The translations under genes and the position numbers were made by a program. Source: Macrostomum lignano (lineage: Eukaryota). From it: a stretch of DNA of 64,000 bases. Below are positions 12,452 to 25,117 of the stretch, piece by piece. Where the stretch lies: assembly GCA_002269645.1 (NCBI GenBank), contig NIVC01000994.1:1-64000 (forward strand). Reading direction: 5' to 3'. Position 1 is the first letter of the stretch; the number at the start of each line of letters is the position of its first letter. The notes under the pieces were generated by a model. That model ran no database searches, had not been told where the DNA came from, and saw nothing but the letters and a program-made list of their open reading frames with translations.

Positions 12452-13640
12452 ACAAACTACGCAAATGATTTCGATTGTATTTTGGACTGAGTCATGAAAC
12501 TTCTAGACTGGACTAGCGAGGTAGGAAGTTGAAAACAATTGCAGAATCTCAACTACAGAGCTGATCCACCCAGATTGCAGTGAAATTTTGCTCTATTTAC
12601 AAGTGTAGCTTCATTACACTTTCATACTTCTTATGTGTAATTTAGGGCCAACAAGAAGTATAGAAGTAAAATTATTAATTTAACAGATTCCTGCCCCCCC
12701 AGTTACGCAACACCATAAAAATATTGTACACAATAGTTTTTTTCATTTTATAAAACTTAATCTCATCAATTCAAATTTCAAGTCTATATTTACAATGGTT
12801 TTATTGTCTTGTTTATCATCGACAAAGTTTAATTTAAATTTTTATATCATTTTCTTTTTTGTTCACAGCTAGACTCTGGCAGCTCGCGGGAGTAGACTTT
12901 CTAGTAGTATAGAATGCTTGATAAAGCTTTTTTGTAATATTAACGAAATAATGAATCTGTAATAGATGAGATCAATAATCAATGCAGTATATAAATGTGT
13001 CTTAGGATAGGCTCATTTGTTCGATTTAGAGGCCGTAGAGGCTAGCTAGCTTTTCTGCTCCATGTATAATTATTGAATTAATATTCGCAGCTCGCCTACT
13101 CGAATTTTTGCCTTAAAAGTAGTCTGATTAGGACCTTTTTTCGCGTAGCAAAACAGCAAGCTTCATTTAGCATTCTGTGTGTAATTCTGCAGAGTAAAGT
13201 TCCTGATTTATTCTAAGAAGCCAATGCCATTTTTTTCATTCAGAGCCAATCAAATCGTTTTTCTCAAAACAAACCGATCTACTGACATTCTTATCATTAT
13301 TAAAAGAAACATAAGCGTACTTTTTATTCAACAATTATTGCATACGGTAAATGTTAATTTTTTTGTTTAGCTAGTAAAATATATTTAACGCACAGTGAAT
13401 GAAATAGTCAAAGCATAAAGTGCGCACGCACCAAATTAAATTTTACGTTGCAAGTAGTTTAATACGCGTATTACTCGTATTTCACATGAAAAAAACAATC
13501 TAAAACACTAATTACAAAACAAGTGTACAGAATCAAAATTCAACAGGCTTTCGCGGCTAGCATTTGGTTGCTTGGAGGGTGGTTGCTAAGCGTACTCAAC
13601 TGCAACAGATGATGGTGGTTGCTATGCTAAGCTCCAGTTG

Positions 13641-14441
13641 CTAGGCAACCGCGGTTGCTAAGAACTCTCCGCACTCGTACTTGGCCCGCACGAAGGACTC
13701 CCTGACGTCGCTCGGCGAGTCCCGCCCCGGCCTCCGGCCATCTGGCAGTCGGGCCTCCAATACGGCGTTACCAAGCCGGTTGCCAATGACGCACAGCGGC
13801 ATAGCCTGGGCGGGAGTCCAGCTGTCCAGCGCCAGGGAGCGAACCCGGCTGGCGTGGGTGCCGAGCCGCCTGTGGGCGCCGGAGCACAGGATGCACACCA
13901 GCAGGCCGTGGCTGACGATCGCCCAGTCTGGCGCCGGGGCGTGGCAGTCAGCGCAGAGCTCGTTGCCGGGCAAGCTGACGGCCGCCTTCAACAGGATGTC
14001 GGCGGCGCCAGACTGAGACGCGGAGTCCTCCCGGAGGCAGCGTCGGCGATGGCTGCGGCATCGGCGGAGACCGGCAAGGATGCCGGAGCTGAGCGCCGCC
14101 AGCCAGGCGTCGCGATCGGCAGCGCTGGCGGCGACGAATCGGCGACGTCGGCCGTCCGCCGTTACGAGCTGGAAGGCGGCCGAGCCGGCGGAGGCGTCGG
14201 CGACGGTAGCTGCCGCCTGCGCCAGGTCGACGATTTCGGTCGCGGCAGATTTGTTAGAATCGGCGTCGATGTGCACAAAGAGGCCGTCCGCAGTGACCCG
14301 GGCTGCCCGCCTTCGCGGCGCGAGGTGGCGAAGCGCGTCCGGCAGGCGGCGTCGGGTCAGCAGAAGGCGGCCTTCGTGGAGGTCGGCAGGTTGGCGGTGG
14401 CGGCAGCTCTGCGTTGAGCTGGATGTCGGAGGCGTCCGCCA
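13641..14441 (-). CDS. AGAP/centaurin-gamma-like PH + ArfGAP protein, last exon
   Basis: PH C-terminus FQLVTADG...DRDAWLAALSSGIL is collinear with AGAP. ArfGAP C-x2-C-x16-C-x2-C-x4-R is intact (CADC..CILCSGAHR), followed by VRSLALDSW and RESFVRAKYE. Acceptor TTTCCCAG at 14442, phase 0. Confidence 0.88.
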   Translation of the reverse strand, partial: WRTPPTSSSTQSCRHRQPADLHEGRLLLTRRRLPDALRHLAPRRRAARVTADGLFVHIDADSNKSAATEIVDLAQAAATVADASAGSAAFQLVTADGRRRRFVAASAADRDAWLAALSSGILAGLRRCRSHRRRCLREDSASQSGAADILLKAAVSLPGNELCADCHAPAPDWAIVSHGLLVCILCSGAHRRLGTHASRVRSLALDSWTPAQAMPLCVIGNRLGNAVLEARLPDGRRPGRDSPSDVRESFVRAKYECGEFLATAVA

Positions 14442-14453
14442 CTGGGAAACCGG

Positions 14454-15538
14454 GATCGGAATCTTTTGTGAGGATTGGGATCTCTTGTGAGGATTGGGAT
14501 CTTTTGTGAGGATTGGGATCTTTTGTGAGGATTGGGATCTTTTGTGAGGATTGGGATCTTTTGTGAGGATTGGGATCTCTTGTGAGGATTGGGATCTTTT
14601 GTGAGGATTGGGATCTCTTGTGAGGATTGGGATCTTTTGTGAGGATTGGGATCTCTTGTGAGGATTGGCATCTTTTGTGAGGATTGGGATCTCTTGTGAG
14701 GATTGGGATCTTTTGTGAGGATTGGGATCTTTTGTGAGGATTGGGATCTTTTGTGAGGATTGGAATCTTTTGTGAGAATTGGGATCTCTTGTGAGGATTG
14801 GGATCTCTTGTGAGGATTGGGATCTCTTGTGAGGATTGGGATCTCTTGTGAGGATTGGGATCCTTTGTGAGAATTGGCATCTTTTGTGAGGATTGGGATC
14901 TCTTGTGAGGATTGGGATCTTTTGTGAGGAATGGATCTTTTGTGAGGAATGGATCTTTTGTGAGGATTGGGATCTCTTGTGAGGATTGGGATCTTTTGTG
15001 AGGATTGGGATCTCTTGTGAGGATTGGGATCCTTTGTGAGGATTGGGATCCTTTGTGAGGATTGGGATCCTTTGTGAGGATTGGGATCCTTTGTGAGGAT
15101 TGGGATCTCTTGTGAAGATTGGCATCTTTTGTGAGGATTGGGATCTCTTGTGAGGATTGGGATCTCTTGTGAGGATTGGGATCTCTTGTGAGGATTGGGA
15201 TCTTTTGTGAGGATTGGGATCTTTTGTGAGGATTGGAATCTTTTGTGAGAATTGGGATCTTTTGTGAGGATTGGGATCTTTTGTGAGGATTGGATCTTTT
15301 GTGAGGATTGGGATCTTTTGTGAGGATTGGGATCTTTTGTGAGGATTGGGATCTCTTGTGAGGATTGGGATCTCTTGTGAGGATTGGGATCTCTTGTGAG
15401 GATTGGGATCCTTTGTGAGGATTGGGATCTTTTGTGAGGATTGGGATCCTTTGTGAGGATTGGGATCTTTTGTGAGGATTGGGATCTTTTGTGAGGATTG
15501 GGATCTCTTGTGAGGATTGGGATCTTTTGTGAGGATTG
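14454..15538. repeat. 19-bp array (GAGGATTGGGATCTTTTGT)n, AGAP-like intron, abutting the acceptor
   Basis: Direct reading. Begins 12 nt from the splice acceptor. Confidence 0.96.
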
Positions 15539-15792
15539 ACATATGCAAATGAGATTTAAGCCTATTTGCATGCAGATCATGACAATAACAAATTAAAAGA
15601 ACTCATTTCAGAACCAATCAACAGTCTATAGTACTCACTTCATCTGACCGTTCAAGGGAAAACTCGAGCTTCGATTTCAAAGTCGGTCTGGCCGAGCAGT
15701 CCTGACGCCTAGCGGTTTCCTGGAAGAACAAAAATTACAACTCGTCACTTAATGACCCGAAAGGTTTTAGTTAGAAATAACTGGAGCACCAG

Positions 15793-16302
15793 GGATAGAG
15801 TGAGAAGGAAGGAGAGGGAGCAAAGAAGGGACAGGGAGAGAAGAAGGGAGAGGGAGAGAAGAAGGGAGAGGGAGAGAGGGAGGGAGAAGGAGCGAAGAAG
15901 GGAGAGGGAGAGAGGGAGGGAGAGGGAGAGAGGGAGGGAGAGGAAGAGAGGGAGGGAGAGGAAGAGAGGGAGGGAGAGGGAGAGAGGGAGGGAGAGGGAG
16001 AGAAGAAGGGAGAGGGAGAGAAGAAGGGAGAGGAAGAGAGGGAGGGAGAGGGAGAGAGGGAGGGAGAAGGAGCGAAGAAGGGAGAGGGAGAGAGGGAGGG
16101 AGAGGGAGAGAGGGAGGGAGAGGAAGAGAGGGAGGGAGAGGAAGAGAGGGAGGGAGAGGGAGAGAGGGAGGGAGAGGGAGAGAAGAAGGGAGAGGGAGAG
16201 AGGGAGGGAGAGGAAGAGAGGGAGGGAGAGGAAGAGAGGGAGGGAGAGGGAGAGAGGGAGGGAGAGGGAGCGAAGAAGGGAGAGGGAGAGAGGGAGGGAG
16301 AG
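15793..16302. repeat. Polypurine (GA/GGA) array, ~18-bp periodicity, AGAP-like intron
   Basis: Almost exclusively A/G for ~500 bp. Confidence 0.95.
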
Positions 16303-16366
16303 GCAAGTGATAGATCTACCGAGAAAGGGTGAGAAGTAGCCACACGCACTGATGAAGAATTCTCAC

Positions 16367-16567
16367 CCTCAGCCTCCATGCAAGCCCTGCAGGCTCCACA
16401 GCAGCAGCCGAGACCCGGTATCTCCTCTGTCTGCTGGCCGCCGCTGTCCAGAGCCGCTGCATAATCTGGGCAGCACTTTGGCACTTCAGTGTCGCGGCAT
16501 CCGGGCAGTCGGCATCAAAGCCAGTCGGAAATAATGAGCAAACGGATGTCTCAACATGCCGGGACAT
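16367..16567 (-). CDS. AGAP-like gene, probable first coding exon (67 aa)
   Basis: ATG at 16567. Donor AGG|GTGAGA at 16367/16366 is phase 0, matching the acceptor at 14442. Confidence 0.55.
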
Positions 16568-16664
16568 TTTTCTACAAACGGTTGTTAGACTTGAGAGCTG
16601 ACTGAAGAAGACAGGTAAATTGAGATGGTGATGGATATATATGTCCGTTTGTCAGTCCTAGCTG

Positions 16665-16710
16665 CTCTCTGATTGGCTGGCGCGGTGAGAGGTGGAGGGG
16701 CGGGAGGTCA
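16665..16710 (-). promoter_or_regulatory. CCAAT box plus GC box upstream of the AGAP-like gene
   Basis: CTGATTGGCT (AGCCAATCAG on -) at ~16668-16677 and GGGGCGGG at ~16697-16704, 100-140 bp upstream of the ATG. Confidence 0.5.
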
Positions 16711-17149
16711 AGCCAGGTGTTTGCGCGCGTCGATTAAGATAATAAAAGGTGTTTTCTTCGGCGGATTTTCAACTGCAGGTGAAGGTAGGTGAAACTTCAA
16801 GGTTTGTTTGGCTCATTATTCAAGGAGATGAACTTCGCGGTTCAGCACTGTGGCGCCAATGATGGGTCAGCGCATGGGCCCGTAGTGGCAGTGCTGATTA
16901 TGGCTACTCATATTATCAATGAGCTTAGCGGGTTTAAAATGCCACTGTGAGAATTGTCTGCGGCGATGAGCAGCTGATAGTCCTTGACAGTTGCGACTCA
17001 GAATAAGATGAGCTATTTTAAAGTAAGTGTGAAAAATAGCACTTGCCAACCAATTGTCGAGAATTGTCTTCAGTTATTGTTTTTAGATGATTTTCTAACT
17101 GAGGAGGGAGTAAGTATTGATATTGCGTTCGATACATTGCCTGCGTTAG

Positions 17150-17970
<821 letters not shown>

Positions 17971-18794
17971 GCTTTATAGAAGGTTCTAAGAAAAAGCGTT
18001 ATAATTCGCCCAGCTTCTGTGACGAACTTTAAAGTTAATTTAATGGCCACCTTTTTTTCAAGGCAATGGTAACTAACTGTTTTCTGTCTGTAAAAAATAA
18101 ATAATTAATTCTGATCTCCCGTTCAGGTACAAGTAATTTAAACGATGCCAGGCCGCACAAGCGGACACCTGTGGGTGACACGAGTTGCTATGCTGGGAGC
18201 AGAAGGCTTAGAAAAATATTACATTGGATTTCATAACAGAAAGATGTTATTTGAGCCTGGGACTTTCGCCCTCAGGGCTTGGCAGTAACCCCCCCTGCTC
18301 GTACCGCCCTCATTAAGAAGCCAATTAGTGTTTTCTATCTCCACAGCAATATTTCTATCACGGTGGAAGTGAATTTCAAAATAGTGTTATATTTATACTT
18401 TGAGCAGGCAAAGGGTCTTTCATCCAAGCGACACGGATAAACTGTTCGGAAACTTTCACCTTGCTGGCTTGTAACTGACTCAGATCAAGGTGGCCAGGTT
18501 AACTGAGTAACCGGTCAGCGTGTTTGCAATCAGCGGGAGCAGCCACGCGTCTTAACAAATGACCCGCATGTCTCCCAATTCTCATTTTTAGCTCTCTGGC
18601 CTCGGGGCTTCAATGAGTTCTCGGGCAAGAGAGGCAGCTCACAGTGGAGGCGGCTGCTCAACAGGGGTTCGCTTGTCGTGTGCCGACAATAAAGTCAGAA
18701 TATCTGACCTAGATCGCTTTTTCATGCAGTTCCAGAGCTAGACGGCCGGAGAGGAAACTTAACAGGTTTGAGCCCTCGATTTTTAAATACCCCA

Positions 18795-19417
18795 GTTTGT
18801 GACGTCTTGTTTGTGAAGAGTCCAGTTTGTGAAGTGCCTAGTTTGTGAATTGTCTAGTTTGTGAAATGTCTAGTTTGTGAAGTGTCTAGTTTGTGAAATG
18901 TCTAGTTTGTGAAGTGTCTAGTTTGTGAAATGTCTAGTTTGTGAAGAGTCTAGTTTGTGACGTGTCTAGTTTGTGAATGGTCTAGTTTGTGAAGTGTCTA
19001 GTTTGTGAAATGTCTAGTTTGTGAATTGTCTAGGTTGTGAAGTGTCTAGTTTGTGAAATGTCTAGTTTGTGAAATGTCTAGTTTGTGAAGAGTCTAGTTT
19101 TTGAATTGTCTAGTTTGTGACGTGTCTAGTTTGTGAAGTGTCTAGTTTTTGAATTGTCTAGTTTGTGAAGTGTCTAGTTTGTGAAATGTCTAGTTTGTGA
19201 AGTGTCTAGTTTGTGACGTGTCTAGTTTGTGAATTGTCTAGTTTGTGAACTGTCTAGTTTGTGAAATGTCTAGTTTGTGAATTGTCTAGTTTGTGAAATG
19301 TCTAGTTTGTGACGTGTCTAGTTTGTGAATTTTCTAGTTTGTGAAATGTCTAGTTTGTGAACTGTCTAGTTTGTGAACTGTCTAGTTTGTGAAATGTAAA
19401 GTTTGCGAAGAGTCTAG
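18795..19417. repeat. 16-bp array (TGTCTAGTTTGTGAAA)n
   Basis: Direct reading. Confidence 0.95.
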
Positions 19418-19864
19418 AAGTTTGCAGTTTTCAAAAGCGCCCCTAAGATTTTTCCTCCATAACATCCTACTCCAAATGCTGCTCTATTTAGTAATCCATG
19501 ACTGACACGTTCAAGACTTGATCGCTCAAGGGGGAAGGCTGGAGCTGGGCCCAGAGCAGGTGCGAGGCGGAGATGTGGCGGCGCATCGCTACCACAGAGA
19601 AAGGGAGAGAGAGAGGGGGGCTAAAGGTGACAGTCTTGAAGAAATTGATGGCAAACTTGAGATAACAAGAAGAAATTTCTTCAGTGCAAGGCAGACCAAA
19701 AGGTTGGATTCAGAGGGTTGGAAGCAGGGCTTTTCTAGGCTGAAAGCAACAATGCAAAACTCCAAACCATTGAAAAAGAGAAATTCTAATATTATTGAAT
19801 TCAATTATTCAATTGCATTTGCAAACGCAAAGAGGAATCAGCCAGTCAGCCAACTAGACGAGCC

Positions 19865-20368
19865 TCACAGAACCCCAGTCACCCTGGCCCGACTTGTCCA
19901 GTCGTCTCGACTGACGTAGCAGCCGCTGACAACCCGCCGGCCGGAGAAGCCGCTCCGGCCGTGCAGCAGGCGCCAGTTGTCGATGAGAATGACAGTGCCG
20001 GGCCTGAGGCTCAGCCACACCTGAGACTCCGGCCGGTTGAGAATCTCGCTAAGGTGAGCGTAGGCGGCCAGGTAGGCGGCCACTTCGGCCTGGGGCACAG
20101 CGGCTAGCGAGTCCAAATCGTACGGATTGAAGCGGATCTGGTAGAGACTTCCGCCGCTCTCGGGGTCCAGTTTGAGTACGGTGTCCAGGCACCGGGTGTG
20201 GTGCGTCGGCTGCCCGGCCTCGAACTCCTGATACTGATGAAACACTGGGGCGCTCGCCAGCAGGTGAAAATGCGCCGCATTCTCTTGGCGAAGAGTCTCA
20301 GCCGCTTGGAAACCGTCGGCAAGGCAGGTGTCCCCGCCGACTGGGGCCGGCTCCAGCACGTGGAACAC
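19865..20368 (-). CDS. TMLHE: Trimethyllysine dioxygenase (carnitine biosynthesis), exon 2
   Basis: VFHVLEP..GGDTCLADGF, YQIRFNPYD and IDNWRLLHGRSGFSGRRVVSGCYVSRDD match the TMLH C-terminal half, including the distal His and the 2OG-binding Arg. Acceptor CTGCAG at 20369, phase 0. Confidence 0.92.
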   Translation of the reverse strand: MFHVLEPAPVGGDTCLADGFQAAETLRQENAAHFHLLASAPVFHQYQEFEAGQPTHHTRCLDTVLKLDPESGGSLYQIRFNPYDLDSLAAVPQAEVAAYLAAYAHLSEILNRPESQVWLSLRPGTVILIDNWRLLHGRSGFSGRRVVSGCYVSRDDWTSRARVTGVL

Positions 20369-20419
20369 CTGCAGATTAGGGAGCGTTGATGGGAGAGAGT
20401 CCAGACAGTCGCCTCTCAT

Positions 20420-20938
20420 TAGAATCTCACTTTAGATAATCGCGTCTCTTGAGAATCCCACCCAAAGTAGTCGCCTCTCCGGAGAATCTCACCCTCGATA
20501 ATCGCCTCTCCCGAGAATCTCACCCAAGATAATCGCCTCTCCCGAGAATCTCACCCTCGATAATCGCCTCTCCCGAGAATCTCACCCTCGATAATCGCCT
20601 CTCCCGAGAATCTCACCCTCGATAACCGCCTCTCCCGAGAATCTCACCCTCGATAATCACCTCTCCCCGAGAATCTCACCCTCGATAATCACCTCTCCCG
20701 AGAATCTCACCCAAGATAATCGCCTCGCATGAGAATCTCACCGTCGATAATCACCTCTCTCGAGAATCTCACCCTCGATAATCGCCTCTCCCGAGAATCT
20801 CACCCAAGATAATCGGCTCTCCCGAGAATCTCACCCTCGATAATCACCTCTCTCGAGAATCTCACCCAAGATAATCGCCTCTTCCCGAGAATCTCATCCT
20901 CCATAATCGCCTCTCCTGAGAATCTCACCTTAGATAAT
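20420..20938. repeat. 31-bp array (GAGAATCTCACCCTCGATAATCGCCTCTCCC)n, TMLHE intron near the acceptor
   Basis: Direct reading. Confidence 0.94.
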
Positions 20939-21552
20939 TACGAAAATTTGAGTTTACTCGTAAGATAAAAATAAAATAAAATTTTTAAGTTACGATACTA
21001 CTCGTGTTTAATCAGTAGTAAGTTAGAATATTTTAATCAACTCGAATGCAAAATCAAATCACACGCCTGAAAGCAATGAAGCTAGAGGGAACTCTTAGAC
21101 GTCTTTCTATTCGATTTTTTGTGAATTTATCTTTTAAAGAGAATAAAAGTTTCACGCAATTGAATTGAATTCGCAACTTTTACAATTCCTTTTTTTCAAG
21201 GGAATTTTGGCCGCCAGAGTTGGAGACCATTTTCCTAATGCACTTAATTGTTACAGAGTGGTGCACAGTCTCTCGCTACTTGCGTGCACAGAAACAAGCA
21301 ATCTTACATGGGGGAACCTTCTGTTCAGCAAAAACCATAATTGATGCACTCTTATAAGTGGAACGTGACTTTGAATTGATTGCGCGGCGCTGCTTGTGTT
21401 GCTCCTATAGAACTTTTCGTCGTGTGACCTAATTAGCGGTGGTCGAGTGAGGCGAGTTGGCTTAGCATTGCTGAGAACCAGCTATGTCTACTTGTGAACG
21501 GATCGCGTTTAACAGAGAGAAACACTGGAACGCTTCGTAGAGGAAGCGGTGG

Positions 21553-22178
21553 AAGAAGGATCCAGTGGGTGAAGGATCCAGTGGGTGAAGGATCCAGTGG
21601 GTGAAGGATCCAGTGGGTGAAGGATCCAGTGGGTGAAGGATTCAGTGGGTGAAGGATCCAGTGGGTGAAGGATCCAGTGGGTGAAGTATCCAGTGGGTGA
21701 AGGATCCAGTGGGTGAAGGATCCAGTGGGTGAAGGATCCAGTGGGTGAAGGATCCAGTGGGTGAAGGATCCAGTGGGTGAAGGATCCAGTGGGTGAAGGA
21801 TCCAGTGGGTGAAGGATCCAGTGGGTGAAGGATCCAGTGGGTGAAGGATCCAGTGGGTGAAGGATCCAGTGGGTGAAGGATCCAGTGGGTGAAGGATCCA
21901 GTGGGTGAAGGATCCAGTGGGTGAAGGATCCAGTGGGTGAAGGATCCAGTGGGTGAAGGATCCAGTGGGTGAAGGATCCAGTGGGTGAAGGATCCAGTGG
22001 GAGAAGGATCCAGTGGGTGAAGGATCCAGTGGGTGAAGGATCCAGTGGGTGAAGGATCCAGTGGGTGAAGGATCCAGTGGGTGAAGGATCCAGTGGGTGA
22101 AGGATCCAGTGGGTGAAGGATCCAGTGAGTGAAGAAGGATCCAGTGGGTGAAGGATCCAGTGGGTGAAGGATCCAGTG
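21553..22178. repeat. 16-bp array (GAAGGATCCAGTGGGT)n, TMLHE intron near the donor
   Basis: Direct reading. Very homogeneous. Confidence 0.97.
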
Positions 22179-22203
22179 CAAATCAATTCAAATCAGTCCT
22201 CAC

Positions 22204-22965
22204 CTGCAGGCCGGCCCCATTGTGCAAATAAGTGGTGTCATTGTGCACCCCGATGGCGTCGCTGCCATAGGCGGTGTCCTGCCTGCTGCCGTCGGCCGTG
22301 AATGTCCACATGCCGCCAAACAGGCTCGGCATGACAGGCGCCACCTGCCGGACCGCCGCCTCGGTGGCTGCCTCGGTGGCCTCCACGCCGGTGACGGTGG
22401 CAACGCCGCAGGACCAGAGGTTCCGCAGCACCGTCCGCAGGCCGCTGGGCGCCGACTCTAACTCCGACAGTGGCACCGGCCGGATTGCCGACGTGCCCTC
22501 GAACGGGTGTCCAGCCGACCGGGTCCACAGGCTCCGACCGCGGCAGCTGCCACCACCGTCCGGGGACAGCAGCGACTCCAGCTGGGAGTAGGCAAACTCG
22601 GTCATGTGACCGTCTGACCAGTCGAGGCGGACACCCGAGCTGTCGGGCAACTGGCTGAGCCGCGGCGGAGACTTGCCGGCAGCCAGAGCAGTCGCTGGCG
22701 AGATGACCCGCTGCCGGGTGGCGGCGTTGTGGCAGTCGGCGCAGCGGCAGTTGAACCGCAGCCAGGCGCAGCTCAGACGGCGCAGCTTGCCGTCCGGGTA
22801 TCGAATCTCGGCCGTGGCCGGTCCAGCTGTTGCCGCGGCCGCTGCCGAGGACAATGAGCAGCGCTGGCGAGGCTGGCGGAGCCAAATCGCAGCAGCCGCT
22901 GCTGACCCCGCCGGCTTCAGCTGGGAGCCGATGAGGCAGCGTAAGAAGCTGCTGTTGTGGAGCAT
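22204..22965 (-). CDS. TMLHE: Trimethyllysine dioxygenase, exon 1
   Basis: Arg-rich presequence-like N-terminus, WLRFNCRCADC...DWSDGH Zn-binding domain, FGGMWTFT..SRQDTAY and the HxD motif (HND). Donor CAG|GTGAGG at 22204/22203. Total 421 aa. Confidence 0.92.
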
Positions 22966-24787
22966 CGCGCCTGGGTTTGTTTAGACAATTGATTTTATAT
23001 GTCTGCTTAGATACCGGAACTATGTGCTTCATAATTCTCCCATGAGAGCTAGCTTCCTGGTTGTTAGTTGCGGCCATAAACTAAAGTTCAGTACGTCTGC
23101 ATTGAACCTTAATCGATTCTATATACCCTTGATGAAGCCACTCAAGCCACCTAGCAGGAGCGCGAGACCATAGACTGTGGCTTCTGCTGCTCTCAAGCAT
23201 TAGCACCAGCAGCTGGTGTCTGTGGCCCTAACCCCAGGCCAGGGTTTTTAGGGCCTCGGAGACGGCCGCTGAATACATTAGCGAATGCTGGAGCGACATA
23301 TCTAGGCAAAGAGTATTGAGGCAATATAGATGAGGCGCATCTAGGTAATACTCTTTGCATCTAACCTGTCCTCTAGCCTACTTAGATGCAGGTAATATAG
23401 AATCTGTGTTTGGTAGTAGATTGATATAAAGGACACAGAGAGGATAACGCGATAACGCGGGAACTGGGGAGGGAGGGGTTGGCGCAACGCAACCTGACGA
23501 CTCTGCGACTCTCAGTCTGTCTCTCTACTGGCTGCACTTTTTGAATGCTCGCGGTTCCTGCACATGATAGCTGAAACTAGCCAAGGTAACTTCTAGCGGT
23601 CCTTGAAACAAACATTAGAGACACTGCTTTAGTGCCACGTGACAGCGTCAGTTAGGGGGATGGAGGTTAGTTGAGCCGGCCGGACGTCTCGCAGAAAACG
23701 TTGACAGAGAAGCAAGCGCTGCTAAGGATCCAAAAGACACGATGAAAATCATTGTCAAGTAAATAGGTATTTTATTCAGGTAAAAGGAGAATCACAATTA
23801 ATAACGAACCGAAGTCATACTACTGCAGTTGAAATCATTAGGACTCATTAAAGTGCTTGCTAGTTGCAACTTACCAAAGGTCTATCGGTATTAAGAAAAG
23901 CTAGATGACAGGATGAGGGCAGGCTGCAGTGTTTCTATTGCTTACAGTGTTGAGAGCCAAGTGCTGTAGATGTGCAGCTCTGAATTAGGTTTTTTTCTAG
24001 AATTTGGGATAGAGAATGAGTGAGGCGGGGCCGGCAGTGCACAACACAGTACAATAGTTGGCCCCAGAGGACCTGGCCCTGTACACAGTCTGTGTGCGCG
24101 CAGCATGTAGAATTTGCGCGGCTAATTTGGACCTGCGATGCAACATGAAACTTTATCATCATTAAATCTTATAATCTACATTTTTTATGTCCCACCTTTT
24201 ATTTCGTGTAGGCAGTTTCACGATTCTTGTCTCCTGAGGCCAGGCGTACATAATAGCTTTCTGATTGACATTTAATGCGCTTCGGCCTTATGAAGCTGAG
24301 ATTTTATTCTGGTCCAATGACTGGCCTCTGTAGTCTGGTCTAGAAAAAAGATGCACTTGAATGCATACGTTTAGTATTACACTGGGAGTGGTATTACAGT
24401 ACAGTATTACAGTAATACAACACTCTACATAATATAATACAATACAATATAATACAATACATTACTCTACATACATTACTCTACATACAGTAAAACAATA
24501 TAATACAGTACGACTTATTACCGCATTACAGTATAGCAACATTACAGTATTACAGAATTATAATATTAAAGCATTAAAGAATTACTGCATTACAGTATTG
24601 CAACATTACAGTATTACATTTTTACACCATTGTCGTATTGCAGTATTACACAAATACAATATTACAGTATTGCAGTAATAAAACATTGTAGCAAATTAGG
24701 CAAATTTTCGCTCAATAAAATGACCGGTACTTCATTTTTCGTTGCTTTGTACATCTGCATGGCTCATTTGATGGCGGCGTGCACAGG

Positions 24788-25117
24788 TCATAGATCATAC
24801 ATAGTCATAGATCATAGATCATACATAGTCATAGATCATAGATCATAGATAGTCATAGATCATATATATCATAGATAGTGATAGATCATATAGATCATAG
24901 ATAGTCCTGTCATAGATCATAGATCATAGATAGTTATAGATCATAGATAGTTATAGATCATAGATCATAAATAGTCATAGATCATAGATCATGGATAGTC
25001 ATAGATCATAGATCATAGATAGTTATAGATCATAGATAGTTATAGATCATAGATCATAAATAGTCATAGATCATAGATCATAGATAGTCATAGATCATAG
25101 ATCATAGATCATGGATA
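24788..25117. repeat. GATCATA-based satellite, left part
   Basis: 7-mer ATAGATC units mixed with GATAGTC/TTATA. Continues on the other side of the LINE. Confidence 0.95.

Noticed and set aside
14254-15580. ORFs with PILTKDPNPHKRSQSSQ repeats fused to the ArfGAP frame
   Set aside because: The array lies upstream of a good acceptor at 14442 and is intronic. The in-frame fusion is incidental.
21509-22186. SFTHWILHPLDPSPTG repeat ORFs
   Set aside because: 16-bp intronic array of TMLHE read through in several frames.
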